Shown in pieces: positions 10,140-20,643 of a stretch of 64,000 nucleotides of DNA (position 1 is the first letter of the stretch; each line of letters opens with the position of its first letter). The translations under genes and the position numbers were made by a program. The notes beneath the pieces are model-generated. The model saw only the letters and a program-made list of their open reading frames with translations, ran no database searches and had not been told where the DNA came from. The DNA is from Cyanobacteriota bacterium (lineage in GTDB: Bacteria; Cyanobacteriota; Cyanobacteriia; Cyanobacteriales; Nostocaceae). The stretch spans positions 165,127 to 229,126 of the forward strand of contig JBJOKS010000003.1 of assembly GCA_046045965.1 (NCBI GenBank), given 5' to 3'.

Positions 10140-11153
10140 TTACTTGTAATTCGCTAAAATTTCTATATGACTCAATGCTGCTGATATTGTTACAGGTGTG
10201 TTATATCCTCCCCCATGTGTGGAAATAATTGGACAAGATATTTTCTTAGCTACATATACAACATATTTAGTTAATTCTTGAAAGTCTTGATTTGTCCAAT
10301 TTGTAATATTTTTACCACAATCATCTATGTGGGAATCATAACCAGAAAATATCAAAATTAAATCAGGAGTGAAGGGTATTTTTTCTAAAGCATTGCGAAA
10401 GGTGGATAAACTTTCATGACTTTGATAAAATTTACCATCTAATCCTATTTTTTCCAAAATATCGGGTGTGATATATTCAGAAATTAGTGGAATATTACAA
10501 TGTCCAACTTCCTCTGCTCTGGTTGTTGTACCATAGTTTAAATTAGAAGCTTTAGCCATATAAATATCAACAGCACTATGAATACTTATGCAATAAACAC
10601 TATCATCATGACTAAAAATTGATTGTGTACCATCACCATGATGAATATCCCAATCTATAATTAATATTTTATGGAAACCTTGAGATTGAGCATATTTTGT
10701 ACCTGCTGCTAAAGGGTTAAGTAAACAATATCCATGTCCCCAGTCTCTATGTGCATGATGTCCTACTAAAGAAAAACAATATGCACGTTCTAAATTGCCT
10801 TTTTTCATTTCATCTATCGCTGTGAATATTCCTCCTAATCCATATAAATAACTCGGTAAACAATATTCTAAACCTTCACATTCAATACTCAAAGATGGTA
10901 AGGAAAGCAAAGATTCATTTAGTTCTTTTCCTAATGCTTTAAAAGCTAATTTTTGTAGATATTCATAACTATGAGCTCGGAGATATTCAGTATATTTAAC
11001 TTTGTTGATAGGTAAGGAAGGATAAACTGTGATTTTTTTAGCAATTTCTTCTCTGATGAGGTTGTAATGAGGAAATGAATAACCTACAAAAGAAATTAAA
11101 TTAATTGCTTTAGAAGTTGTGCAGGTCTGCGGGTGAAAATAGGTTGCAAACAT
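10140..11153 (-). CDS. Histone deacetylase-family (acetoin utilization-like) deacylase
   Basis: GHHA, GYCLLN, IIDWDIHHGDGTQ, SGYDSH, GGGY. Confidence 0.88.
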   Translation of the reverse strand: MFATYFHPQTCTTSKAINLISFVGYSFPHYNLIREEIAKKITVYPSLPINKVKYTEYLRAHSYEYLQKLAFKALGKELNESLLSLPSLSIECEGLEYCLPSYLYGLGGIFTAIDEMKKGNLERAYCFSLVGHHAHRDWGHGYCLLNPLAAGTKYAQSQGFHKILIIDWDIHHGDGTQSIFSHDDSVYCISIHSAVDIYMAKASNLNYGTTTRAEEVGHCNIPLISEYITPDILEKIGLDGKFYQSHESLSTFRNALEKIPFTPDLILIFSGYDSHIDDCGKNITNWTNQDFQELTKYVVYVAKKISCPIISTHGGGYNTPVTISAALSHIEILANYK

Positions 11154-11242
11154 TGATAATCATGTGGTTTATTTTATGAAATTTATTATAGAAGGAGGGA
11201 ATAGGGAATAGGAAAAAAATAACTTAATTCCCAATTCTTCAT

Positions 11243-11294
<52 letters not shown>

Positions 11295-11299
11295 AATAA

Positions 11300-11725
11300 C
11301 TAATGACTAATACTTTCATTCAGTTTGCGAATAATGCGAGATAATTCACGAATAATATTCACTGCTATTTCTGGAGTTTCTTCAATAGCATCATAAAGTT
11401 GTTCTTGGGTGAGTTCCAAACATTCACAAGGTTCTAAGGTGGTGATAGAAGCAGAACGAGGTTGAGTATCAAATACAGCCATTTCCCCAAAGTATTTTCC
11501 CGTATCTACTTCTGCTAATTTTGTATCTCCGATATGGACTTTTACCTTACCAGATACAATAATGTAGAGCGATCGCCCTTCTTCTCCTTGTTTAAAAATG
11601 CTGTGGTTAGCAGGATATGATAACTCATTCATCACTGAAGCGAGTCTGACTACAAAATCATCTCGCAATTCTTTAAAAATGGGTACGCGGCGGACAAATA
11701 ACAAACGATCAACGCTATTAAGCAT
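11300..11725 (-). CDS. Stand-alone cyclic nucleotide-binding domain protein
   Basis: IFKQGEEGRSLYIIVSGKVKV and FGEMAVFDTQPRSAS; no HTH. Confidence 0.9.
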   Translation of the reverse strand: MLNSVDRLLFVRRVPIFKELRDDFVVRLASVMNELSYPANHSIFKQGEEGRSLYIIVSGKVKVHIGDTKLAEVDTGKYFGEMAVFDTQPRSASITTLEPCECLELTQEQLYDAIEETPEIAVNIIRELSRIIRKLNESISH

Positions 11726-12288
11726 AATTACTGATTAAAAATAGAACATTCTTACAAGTATTAAACCCGAATAAATAAGGTTTTAGCAGACTGGAATTAT
11801 AACTTTTAAGTAGCCCCTGAAAGTTAATAATACCTTACCCTTTGTTAACCTGAGATATATATTGATGCTGTTTACTAACGAGCAAGAAAGATCATCATTT
11901 GATTAATATACTACCCGTAGTAATTCAGAAAAAATCTATCAAACCCTGATTTATCTGTGTAATCTGCGTCCTTTATGGGTAATTTTTATCCTTATTAAGT
12001 GTAACTTGTGACTCATGATTAATACACAAGGTGCTAAAATTTGATATTGATAAACCATTTAGTCTGTCCCTCAAGATGTTGATTTTGTAGTCTTAACCAT
12101 AGAATTACAACAGTCACTGGGACTATAAGAGATAAGTAAAATTATTTTTACTCAAGTTCAAAAATTACTACTACTATTGATATAATAACCAATACTGTCA
12201 GGTATAAATAATTGTTTACTCTTGGCAGACTATTGATATCGCTGCTTGACATTGTTGATTTACAACATCTTCACTTAAGGGTGTAATT

Positions 12289-13296
12289 ATGTACTTTATA
12301 GAAAATAATCCCCCCATAGAAACTTACAATCACATACATAGCCAAATTATCTATGATCATCAATTTATTCTTAGTCAGTCCTCACAGCCAGAGTCTATTG
12401 ATGAGTCTTTCCCCATACAACTGAGTCAAGAATCTATCAATCAAATCACTCCTGAAGTAATCACATCCCCTGCTGATTTTTTCAGTCAAGTTCCTACAAC
12501 AAATACAGATCAAATAGATCAAAGCGACGCGTCAGTTGGTACAAATAGGTTACAGACAGAGCCTACATCTCCAGAACAAAAGCCGTTTAAACCGCAAAAA
12601 TTGCCCTTAGTTCTCGAAAAGAGAACAGCACCACCGGCTTCATCCCCTGGTATTACCATGCTCACACCATCAGCCTATGGTAAATCATGGGGAAGAGCTT
12701 CTTTTGGTGTGGGATTACAATCTCGCGTTCGCTTTTCCGATAGAACAGATGGAGTTATAGGTGCAGGATTCGGTGTGGGTGATGCAAGAAAATCAGTTGG
12801 TTTAGATATAAATCTCACAATCGTCGATGTAGATTCTTTCCAAAATGGCACAATTAGTTGGAAATTACACCGTCAACTTCCATACGATTTTGCTGTAGCT
12901 GTTGGGGTGAATAATTTTATAACTTTTGGTAGTACGGATGGCGGTACATCTGGTTATGGAGTAGTTACCAAAATGTTTCGACTACAAGATAGCGAAAGTA
13001 AACCTTTGAGTCGGTTATATGTATCTGCTGGTTTTGGTGGAGGACAATTTCGTTCAGAATCAAATATCAGTAATAATATTGATTCTGCTAGTGTGTTTGG
13101 TAGCGTGGCTTTGAGAGTTGCTGAACCTGTAAATACAATTGTTGAATGGTCTGGACAAGATTTGTCTTTGGGTTTATCTATAGCTCCATTTAAAAACATT
13201 CCTTTTGTTATAACTCCAGGAATTAGTGATATTACTGGTAATGCTGGTGATGGGACACGCTTTATTTTAGGCGCTGGTTATAGCTTTTCTTTTTAA
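12289..13296 (+). CDS. Hypothetical protein, probable outer-membrane beta-barrel C-terminal domain
   Basis: Low-complexity N-terminus, then alternating Gly/aromatic beta-strand pattern ending in GAGYSFSF. Confidence 0.55.
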   Translation: MYFIENNPPIETYNHIHSQIIYDHQFILSQSSQPESIDESFPIQLSQESINQITPEVITSPADFFSQVPTTNTDQIDQSDASVGTNRLQTEPTSPEQKPFKPQKLPLVLEKRTAPPASSPGITMLTPSAYGKSWGRASFGVGLQSRVRFSDRTDGVIGAGFGVGDARKSVGLDINLTIVDVDSFQNGTISWKLHRQLPYDFAVAVGVNNFITFGSTDGGTSGYGVVTKMFRLQDSESKPLSRLYVSAGFGGGQFRSESNISNNIDSASVFGSVALRVAEPVNTIVEWSGQDLSLGLSIAPFKNIPFVITPGISDITGNAGDGTRFILGAGYSFSF

Positions 13297-13338
13297 GTCA
13301 TTTTTAGGCAATTAATCATCTAAATTTAGGATCAACTA

Positions 13339-14907
13339 ATGAAATTATCTCGTTCCTTTTTTACCATTTTTTTATCAGTTATTTTAGGCATATTGTTCTT
13401 GAAATCTGTTCAAGCTCAAGAAGCTCCTCAGTCAGATATTACTGTTCCTAACCCTCAAGAGGTTATTGTTCCTAATAGTCCAGCAAGTCTCACAGATATT
13501 ACTAATCCTAATCCTCAAGAAATTAATCCAGGTGTTCCGAGTGAACCCCCAATCATTGATCGTGAAGTCTTTGAGAGAAATTTTCCAGCAGTCACACCAG
13601 AGGAAGGAGTTGAACAGTCTGAAGAATATCATGCTGTAGAATATTCAAAATATCTGGGAGTGCAATTATTTGGTGAAATTAGTTCCACTGGGGAAATTGC
13701 TGATAACCTTAATAAGCTGGCTAAATTGACAGGAAGAAATGCAGCAGTTCTTTATGTAACTTCTTTAAGAGATAAACTCAGCTTAATTCTCATCCCACCA
13801 AAACCAGAAGAAAAAGATTTGTTAAATCAAACCAAAAACCTCAATAAAAGTGATTCTTTGCTCTCACAAGAAAGTCAAGTAAAAGTTGGTGAGGTTGTGC
13901 GTCACTTTGTTGTAGATGCTAATGAAAAAAATGTCCAAAAAATTGCTAGAGAGTTTCGTTCTAGAGTTACTAATGTGCGAGACAAAAGTTACTTTATTCC
14001 TGCCCAACAACTCTATGAATGGATAGTTAAACCCATAGAACCAGCCTTAAAAATAAATAAAATTGACACGTTAATTTTTTCTATGGATAGCGGTTTACGT
14101 TCCCTTCCCATAGCTGCTTTATATGATGGTAAACAGTTTATAATTGAAAAATATAGTGTTGGTCTTATTCCCAGTTTTAGTCTTACGGATACACGTTATA
14201 TTCCCATAGTTAAATCTGATATCTTGGCAATGGGGATATCACAAAGTACAGAAGGACAAGACCCTTTACCATCTGTACCACTAGAAATAAACACGGTAAG
14301 TAAAGAACTTTGGCGAAATAACAGTCAGACATTATTGGATCAAGAATCTACACTAGAAAATCTTAAATCTCTCAGTCTTCAAAAGCATTTTGGCATTCTG
14401 CACTTAGCCACTCATGGAGATTTTCAACCTGGAAAAATTGCTAACTCTTACATTCAAATTTGGAATCGAAAAATTCATATAGATCAGTTAAGAGAGTTAT
14501 CTAAGGAATTAGGATGGAGTAAAGAACCTAAAGTAGAAATGTTAGTTTTGAGCGCCTGTAAAACTGCTGTGGGTAGTTATGAGGCAGAATTAGGATTTTC
14601 TGGTTTAGCTGTGCAAGCAGGGGTAAAATCAGTTTTAGGTAGTCTGTGGTATGTGAGTGATCAAGGTTCTCTGGCACTGATGACAAAATTTTACGATCAG
14701 TTAAGCACTACTTCCTTACGCTCGGAATCTCTTAGACAAGCTCAGTTAGCTATGGTGAAAAGAGAAGTACGTATAACAGATAAAGAATTATATCTATCGC
14801 CAGATAAGCCTATTGCTCTACCTCCAGAACTGGTTAATTCAGGTAAGATAGACCTATCTCATCCATACTATTGGTCTGCTTTTACAATGATTGGTAACTG
14901 GAATTAA
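13339..14907 (+). CDS. CHAT domain (caspase-like) protein with N-terminal signal peptide
   Basis: [16 protein letters not shown] (His), LVLSACKTA (Cys), [22 protein letters not shown]-terminus [26 protein letters not shown]. Confidence 0.9.
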   Translation: MKLSRSFFTIFLSVILGILFLKSVQAQEAPQSDITVPNPQEVIVPNSPASLTDITNPNPQEINPGVPSEPPIIDREVFERNFPAVTPEEGVEQSEEYHAVEYSKYLGVQLFGEISSTGEIADNLNKLAKLTGRNAAVLYVTSLRDKLSLILIPPKPEEKDLLNQTKNLNKSDSLLSQESQVKVGEVVRHFVVDANEKNVQKIAREFRSRVTNVRDKSYFIPAQQLYEWIVKPIEPALKINKIDTLIFSMDSGLRSLPIAALYDGKQFIIEKYSVGLIPSFSLTDTRYIPIVKSDILAMGISQSTEGQDPLPSVPLEINTVSKELWRNNSQTLLDQESTLENLKSLSLQKHFGILHLATHGDFQPGKIANSYIQIWNRKIHIDQLRELSKELGWSKEPKVEMLVLSACKTAVGSYEAELGFSGLAVQAGVKSVLGSLWYVSDQGSLALMTKFYDQLSTTSLRSESLRQAQLAMVKREVRITDKELYLSPDKPIALPPELVNSGKIDLSHPYYWSAFTMIGNWN

Positions 14908-14975
14908 CAGTTATCAGTTGTGACTGTAACCTTCAACCTGTAATCTGTCACCTATTACCTGTTACCTGTAAAAGA

Positions 14976-17960
14976 ATGTTCTGGAAATGGTGCTTGAGAG
15001 TTATGATCGTGTCCCTGGGGTTATGGCTAATCTTGGATCTGGCTTCCCATCTAGGGGCTGATATTTTCTGGTTTCAGGAAGTTGGCTATTTGCAAACATT
15101 TCTGATCCAGTTAATAACTCAGGGTGCTTTATGGGTGGGTGTTGTCAGTATCAGCTGTAGTTATCTTTTGGGAAATCTAGTTTTAGCACAACGCTGGAAA
15201 TATCCCAAGTCTCTGATCAGTGAACCTGCAAGAACTGAAAAAACCAGACTAAGTAGGGATCTGACAAATTTTCTTGCCCCCCAGTATGGCAGATTTGAGC
15301 AAACTTCTCAAATTGAGACAGGAAGGCGAAAAATTAGATTGCGTTGGTTGTTACCGCTGACATTAGCCTTGAGTTTGTTGGTGGGGTTAATGGTAACGCA
15401 TTATGGCCAGGTTGCCATAGGTTACTGGAATAATGGAGAAGTTAATCAGGTTAACTCACCCTTTACTATCTTGTTTAGACCAGAGATAGCTTGGAACTTG
15501 GGTATGAGGATGATTTCTCAATTCTGGTATCTTGGCGTGGTGATGGTAGTGGCGATCGCTCTTTTAATATATTCTCAGTTTTTTCTGTGGGCGATCGCAC
15601 TTGTTTTGAGTCTCGGTTTTGGGTGGATACTATCTCACCATTGGTCTAAAATACTGCTTTATTTCCACTCTACCCCTTTCAATAGTACCGAGCCTTTATT
15701 TGGCAAAGATATCAGCTTTTATATTTTTTCACTCCCACTCTGGGAAATATTAGCTTTTTGGTTGATTGGATTATGTTTATATAGCTTTGTTTCCGTTACT
15801 CTCACCTATCTTTTATCAGGTGATAGTCTCAGTCAAGGTATTTTTCCCGGCTTTTCTCTACCACAGCAACGTCATTTATTTGGTTTAAGTGGCTGTTTGA
15901 TGTTGGTAGTAGCATTTACTTATTGGCTAGGTCGTTATGAACTCGTTTATTCTTCCCGTGGGGTGAGTTTTGGTGCTAGTTATACCGATGCTAAGGTACA
16001 GTTGCCAGCTGATACTATGTTATGTGTTTTAGCTGTGGCGATCGCATTTTATTTATTATGGCAAACTTGCTTTTGGAAACCCAAATCTCAACATCATCGC
16101 TGGGCAATTTATAGTTTATTTATTTATGTAAGTTTAATAATTGTAGGTGATTTTATTGTACCTGCTATTGTCCAATCTTTAATGGTCCAACCCAATGAAT
16201 TGCAGCGAGAACAACCTTACATTCAGCGGACTATTACCTTAACTCGGCAAGCATTCGATTTACAAACAATAGATTCTCAAACTTTTAACCCCCAAGGAAA
16301 ATTAACCCAAGCTGATCTCAAAGCCAATGATCTGACAATTAGAAATATTCGTCTTTGGGATCAAGAACCACTATTAAAAACTAACCGCCAATTACAACAA
16401 ATTCGTCCTTATTATCAGTTTCCTGATGCCGATATTGATCGCTATATCATCAAAACTGAACCCAACCAAGAAGCAACCGCATCAACAGAAAAACGTCAGG
16501 TATTAATTGCAGCGCGGGAATTAGATTATAATTCTGTTCCACAGCAAGCACAAACATGGGTAAACCGCAATTTAATTTACACTCACGGTTATGGTTTTAC
16601 CATGAGTCCAGTAAATACAGTTGCTCCCGGTGGTTTGCCAGAATATTTTGTTAAAGATATTAGCGGTAATGGTAGTGCGTTAACTACTTCTAGTGAAGCT
16701 ATTCGCCAAAGTATTCCTATTGGTGAACCGCGAATTTATTATGGAGAAATTTCTAATACTCATGTCATGACTGGGACAAAAGTTAGAGAGTTAGATTATC
16801 CCAGTGGCAGTGATAATGTTTATAATACCTACGATGGTAACGGTGGCATCAAAATAGGTTCTCTGTGGAAAAGATGGCTATTTGCCACGTATTTAAAAGA
16901 TTGGCAAATGATATTTACACGGAATTTTCTACCAGAAACAAAGGTATTATTTCGGCGAAATATTAACCAACGAATTCGCACAATTGCACCTTTTTTAAAA
17001 TTTGACAGCGAGCCTTATTTAGTAGCTGCTGATGGCAATTCTGACCATAAAAATGAACAATTTCCAGGGGCGGATAGCTATCTTTATTGGGTAGTAGATG
17101 CTTACACAACCAGCGATCGCTATCCCTATTCTGACCAAAATAATGAGGGTATCAACTATATTCGTAACTCTGTTAAAATCGTCATTGATGCTTACAACGG
17201 CACAGTCAGATTTTACATTGCTGAACCAAAAGATCCTCTAATTATTGCTTGGTCAAAAATCTTCCCGCAAATGTTCCAACCGCTAACAAATATGCCTGTA
17301 AATCTCCGCAGTCATATCCGCTATCCGGTGGACTTTTTTAAAATTCAATCTGAACGGTTAATGACTTATCATATCACTAACCCTCAAGTGTTTTACAACC
17401 GAGAAGATCAATGGCAAATTCCCAAAGAAATTTATGGAACTGAACCCCGTCAACTTGAACCTTACTATTTAATTACCAGTCTTCCTGGTGTTCCTTTTGA
17501 AGAATTTATTTTATTACTTCCCTACACACCAAAAGAAAGAACAAATTTAATTGCTTGGTTAGCAGCACGTTCTGATGGGGAAAATTACGGTAAATTGCTA
17601 CTATATAATTTTCCTAAAGAACGTTTGATTTATGGACCAGAACAAATAGAAGCCAGAATTAACCAAGATCCCGTAATTTCTCAACAAATTTCATTATGGA
17701 ACCGTCAAGGTTCGAGAGCAATACAAGGTAATCTTTTAATTATTCCCATTGAACAATCTTTGTTGTATGTTGAGCCAATTTATTTAGAAGCAACCCAGAA
17801 TAGTTTACCAACTTTGGTCAGGGTGGTTGTTGCTTATGAAAATCGCATTGTCATGGCACAGACATTAGAACAAGCTTTAGAAGGAATATTTAAACCAGAA
17901 GAAACACTAGCACCGCCAATTATTCGTCCTCTCGAAGAAGAAGGAATACCACCGGTTTAA
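14976..17960 (+). CDS. UPF0182 family membrane protein
   Basis: [43 protein letters not shown]...YVEPIYL. Confidence 0.92.
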   Translation: MFWKWCLRVMIVSLGLWLILDLASHLGADIFWFQEVGYLQTFLIQLITQGALWVGVVSISCSYLLGNLVLAQRWKYPKSLISEPARTEKTRLSRDLTNFLAPQYGRFEQTSQIETGRRKIRLRWLLPLTLALSLLVGLMVTHYGQVAIGYWNNGEVNQVNSPFTILFRPEIAWNLGMRMISQFWYLGVVMVVAIALLIYSQFFLWAIALVLSLGFGWILSHHWSKILLYFHSTPFNSTEPLFGKDISFYIFSLPLWEILAFWLIGLCLYSFVSVTLTYLLSGDSLSQGIFPGFSLPQQRHLFGLSGCLMLVVAFTYWLGRYELVYSSRGVSFGASYTDAKVQLPADTMLCVLAVAIAFYLLWQTCFWKPKSQHHRWAIYSLFIYVSLIIVGDFIVPAIVQSLMVQPNELQREQPYIQRTITLTRQAFDLQTIDSQTFNPQGKLTQADLKANDLTIRNIRLWDQEPLLKTNRQLQQIRPYYQFPDADIDRYIIKTEPNQEATASTEKRQVLIAARELDYNSVPQQAQTWVNRNLIYTHGYGFTMSPVNTVAPGGLPEYFVKDISGNGSALTTSSEAIRQSIPIGEPRIYYGEISNTHVMTGTKVRELDYPSGSDNVYNTYDGNGGIKIGSLWKRWLFATYLKDWQMIFTRNFLPETKVLFRRNINQRIRTIAPFLKFDSEPYLVAADGNSDHKNEQFPGADSYLYWVVDAYTTSDRYPYSDQNNEGINYIRNSVKIVIDAYNGTVRFYIAEPKDPLIIAWSKIFPQMFQPLTNMPVNLRSHIRYPVDFFKIQSERLMTYHITNPQVFYNREDQWQIPKEIYGTEPRQLEPYYLITSLPGVPFEEFILLLPYTPKERTNLIAWLAARSDGENYGKLLLYNFPKERLIYGPEQIEARINQDPVISQQISLWNRQGSRAIQGNLLIIPIEQSLLYVEPIYLEATQNSLPTLVRVVVAYENRIVMAQTLEQALEGIFKPEETLAPPIIRPLEEEGIPPV

Positions 17961-18006
17961 AATAATTCGTAAGTTGTAATTTATAATTCATAATTAGGAA
18001 ATACAA

Positions 18007-18285
18007 ATGACCATACAGCTACAATTAAAACCAGAAATCGAGGCTCGTCTTATTACTGAAGCTGCTGCAAAAGGTGTATCAGTTGAAGTTTATCTTGAAT
18101 CTTTGATTGAAGACAGTTTGAGTAGTCAGGAAGAAAAATCTTTTTCTCAAGTTGTAAATCAGGAAGAGTGGGAAGCAGCACTAGCAGATTTAATCAATAG
18201 TCCTGCTTTTGCTTTAGCACCACCACTTTCGGATGCAGCGATTAGTAGAGAGAATATTTATACCAGAGAAGATGAAATGTTATGA
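18007..18285 (+). CDS. Putative type II antitoxin
   Basis: MTIQLQLKPEIEARL...LSDAAISRENIY; ATGA overlap with the downstream PIN-start ORF. Confidence 0.7.
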   Translation: MTIQLQLKPEIEARLITEAAAKGVSVEVYLESLIEDSLSSQEEKSFSQVVNQEEWEAALADLINSPAFALAPPLSDAAISRENIYTREDEML

Positions 18286-18980
18286 GCTATTTGGTAGATA
18301 CCAATATTTTACTGCGTTTAGTGCAGAAAAATAACCCCATGAATCCTGATGCTCAAAGAGCAATTATTACCCTCAAAAAACAATGTGAATCATTATATAT
18401 TATAGCTATATTAAGTCTATTACTTCGTTACAAACATCGTAGCGAATGGTTTTATCAAGATAAACTTTATGACTTAGCTACTGATAAGGAGAATACACGA
18501 AAAGCAGAAAAATTACTAGCACTTGATTTGTACTCTTATCTTCATGATCAAGGTCTTGATTTCAGTATCGAACCATCATCTCACAGGGGTAAAATTGATT
18601 TAATAGCTGCACAAGGTTCAGATGATCCACTTCTTGCTGATACTAAAATATTTGATGCAAAGAGTCGTGGTAAAGACTACATTCGTAAAGGTTTCCGTCA
18701 AATTTACACTTATACTAATGATTATAATGAACCATTTGGTTATTTAATAATATACAAAATAACTGATAAAGACCTCAAATTTTCATTAGCAACACCCTCA
18801 CGTAATATTCCTGTGATCATCTATAATCACAAAACTATTTTCTTGATAACTATAGATATATATCCACATTCCGAGCCTGTTTCACACCGAAAACCACTTA
18901 AAGCAATTTCCATCACTGAACAAGAATTAATCCAAACTGCTGAAGAAGAAATTGACGAAAAAATTACCCAAAATGAGTAA
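18282..18980 (+). CDS. Chimeric ORF: truncated PIN/VapC N-terminus fused to a PD-(D/E)XK-like nuclease domain
   Basis: MSYLVDTNILLRL...LYII (first ~40 aa VapC-like), then an unrelated sequence with GKIDL...ADTK...RQIYTY. Confidence 0.6.
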   Translation: MSYLVDTNILLRLVQKNNPMNPDAQRAIITLKKQCESLYIIAILSLLLRYKHRSEWFYQDKLYDLATDKENTRKAEKLLALDLYSYLHDQGLDFSIEPSSHRGKIDLIAAQGSDDPLLADTKIFDAKSRGKDYIRKGFRQIYTYTNDYNEPFGYLIIYKITDKDLKFSLATPSRNIPVIIYNHKTIFLITIDIYPHSEPVSHRKPLKAISITEQELIQTAEEEIDEKITQNE

Positions 18981-19128
18981 TTAACTCCTAATCTCTTTCA
19001 TGGATTTATACTAAACCCTGAATTAATCTAATTCTTCCTTTGCGCCTTTGCTTCTTTGTGCCTTTGCGCGAAACCTTCATCTGTAGTATTTTATTATTTA
19101 TAATTAACCAAAAGTAGAAAAATCAATC

Positions 19129-19452
19129 ATGCTATATCACTTAGATTTTCACGTCGAATACCCCGACGACATGACACAACAAGAACTATTTACCATTTGG
19201 AATGAAGAAGCAGACGCAGCACTGCAAGCAAAACAAGCAGGAATTGTTGTAGATTTGTGGAAATGTGTGGGAACTCGTCGAGTAATTGCAATTGTGGATG
19301 TTCCCACACCGGATACCCTCGATCAAATTCTCTTAGATTTACCCATCATGAAAAAAATGGGTCAAAATGTGCAAGTAGAAGTAACTCCTTTAAGAAGATA
19401 TGAAGACTTTGCAGCAGATGTAAAATCTCGGTTAGAGAAAAAAGAAAAATAA
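19129..19452 (+). CDS. Muconolactone delta-isomerase family protein
   Basis: MLYHLDFHVEYP...EE...G....LWKCVG......VDV....LDQILLDLP....VEVTPL pattern. Confidence 0.7.
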   Translation: MLYHLDFHVEYPDDMTQQELFTIWNEEADAALQAKQAGIVVDLWKCVGTRRVIAIVDVPTPDTLDQILLDLPIMKKMGQNVQVEVTPLRRYEDFAADVKSRLEKKEK

Positions 19453-19483
19453 GAAAATTATGGGTGAGATGATAATAACAACT

Positions 19484-19912
19484 TTAGTATTTGATACTGG
19501 GAAGAATCAGAATGTCTATTATCTCACCTACAGCCAAACCTGAGCCAGCAACTACTGTTAAAATCCAAAAAGACTCTGTTTTGCTAAAGCCAGAAAAACG
19601 CATTTCTAAATCAGCTAACAGCGTCGTTGCTAATGGTATGAGAAATATACTGAACAAAATTGACCAAATTGCGATTAAAGCGATGGATGCACTTAAAACT
19701 AAGACGACAACCAAGGTTTGAGAACCGAAAACTAGCAGAGTTTCTAACCAAGAGATACTTTTTCTGACTATAGCTATGGCGATCGCAGCTACAAAAGCTC
19801 CCACTAACCAAGCAATTTGATGAACCGCAAGATACCATCCTAAAAGATTATAAGCCAGCCAAAGTAATGCTAAAGCAGTTACAGGAATCCTCTGGAAAAA
19901 TAGCGTATTCAT
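19484..19912 (-). CDS. Hypothetical integral membrane protein
   Basis: 142 aa with about four hydrophobic helices. Confidence 0.65.
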   Translation of the reverse strand: MNTLFFQRIPVTALALLWLAYNLLGWYLAVHQIAWLVGAFVAAIAIAIVRKSISWLETLLVFGSQTLVVVLVLSASIALIAIWSILFSIFLIPLATTLLADLEMRFSGFSKTESFWILTVVAGSGLAVGEIIDILILPSIKY

Positions 19913-20222
19913 ATTTCCGGCTCCTATAATTATCTTATCATCAATTTAATTTATAAAGACATTATTTGTCTACTTCCAATATAAAAATTTTGTCATTATT
20001 CCTCTATCTTCAGAAGTATTTTAACATTATGTCACCACTGTTTATTAATTTGTAATTTCTTAAATTTATTCCCTGAGATATACTTTCAAATATTCCCAAG
20101 CAAACCTATCGACAGAGATAGCTGAAGTTTTATTTTGTTAAACCTATAATTAAAATGCAGGTAAAGAAACTAATTTTCATAAATTGCTGACAAAAGCATA
20201 TTATATAGAGAAGGTAAATAAT

Positions 20223-20621
20223 ATGTATGTTGAACAGATATTACCGAATAAGGCAGATAAGGTAGCTGTCAATAAAACCTTGAATCGTTTCACACAAACT
20301 GAAAGTAAACCAGAATACCCACAACAGGAAGGATTAAATATCTCCGATTTAGCAATAGCTTTAAGTCCACTCAGCTTTGTCTTTATTTGGGCAATTTTTC
20401 TGTTTATTTTGCAAAAAATCCGCTCCCATGCAGACAATAAAATGGCTTTTAGCATCAATGGGTTACATCAAGTTCCCTGTAAAAACTGTAAGTTTTTTTC
20501 CAATAATCATTATTTGAAGTGTGCTGTTAAGCCAGATATAGTTCTCACCGAAGAAGCAGTCAATTGTTCTGAATACTGCCAGAAAAAAGGTAAATTTCCC
20601 CCGAATAAATTATTTGGTTGA
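20223..20621 (+). CDS. Hypothetical single-pass membrane protein with Cys-rich C-terminus
   Basis: TM segment, then HQVPCKNCKFFSNNHYLKCAVKP...CSEY; ATG start at 20223. Confidence 0.7.
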   Translation: MYVEQILPNKADKVAVNKTLNRFTQTESKPEYPQQEGLNISDLAIALSPLSFVFIWAIFLFILQKIRSHADNKMAFSINGLHQVPCKNCKFFSNNHYLKCAVKPDIVLTEEAVNCSEYCQKKGKFPPNKLFG

Positions 20622-20643
20622 TCTGTGCTGGTCTCTTTTAACC

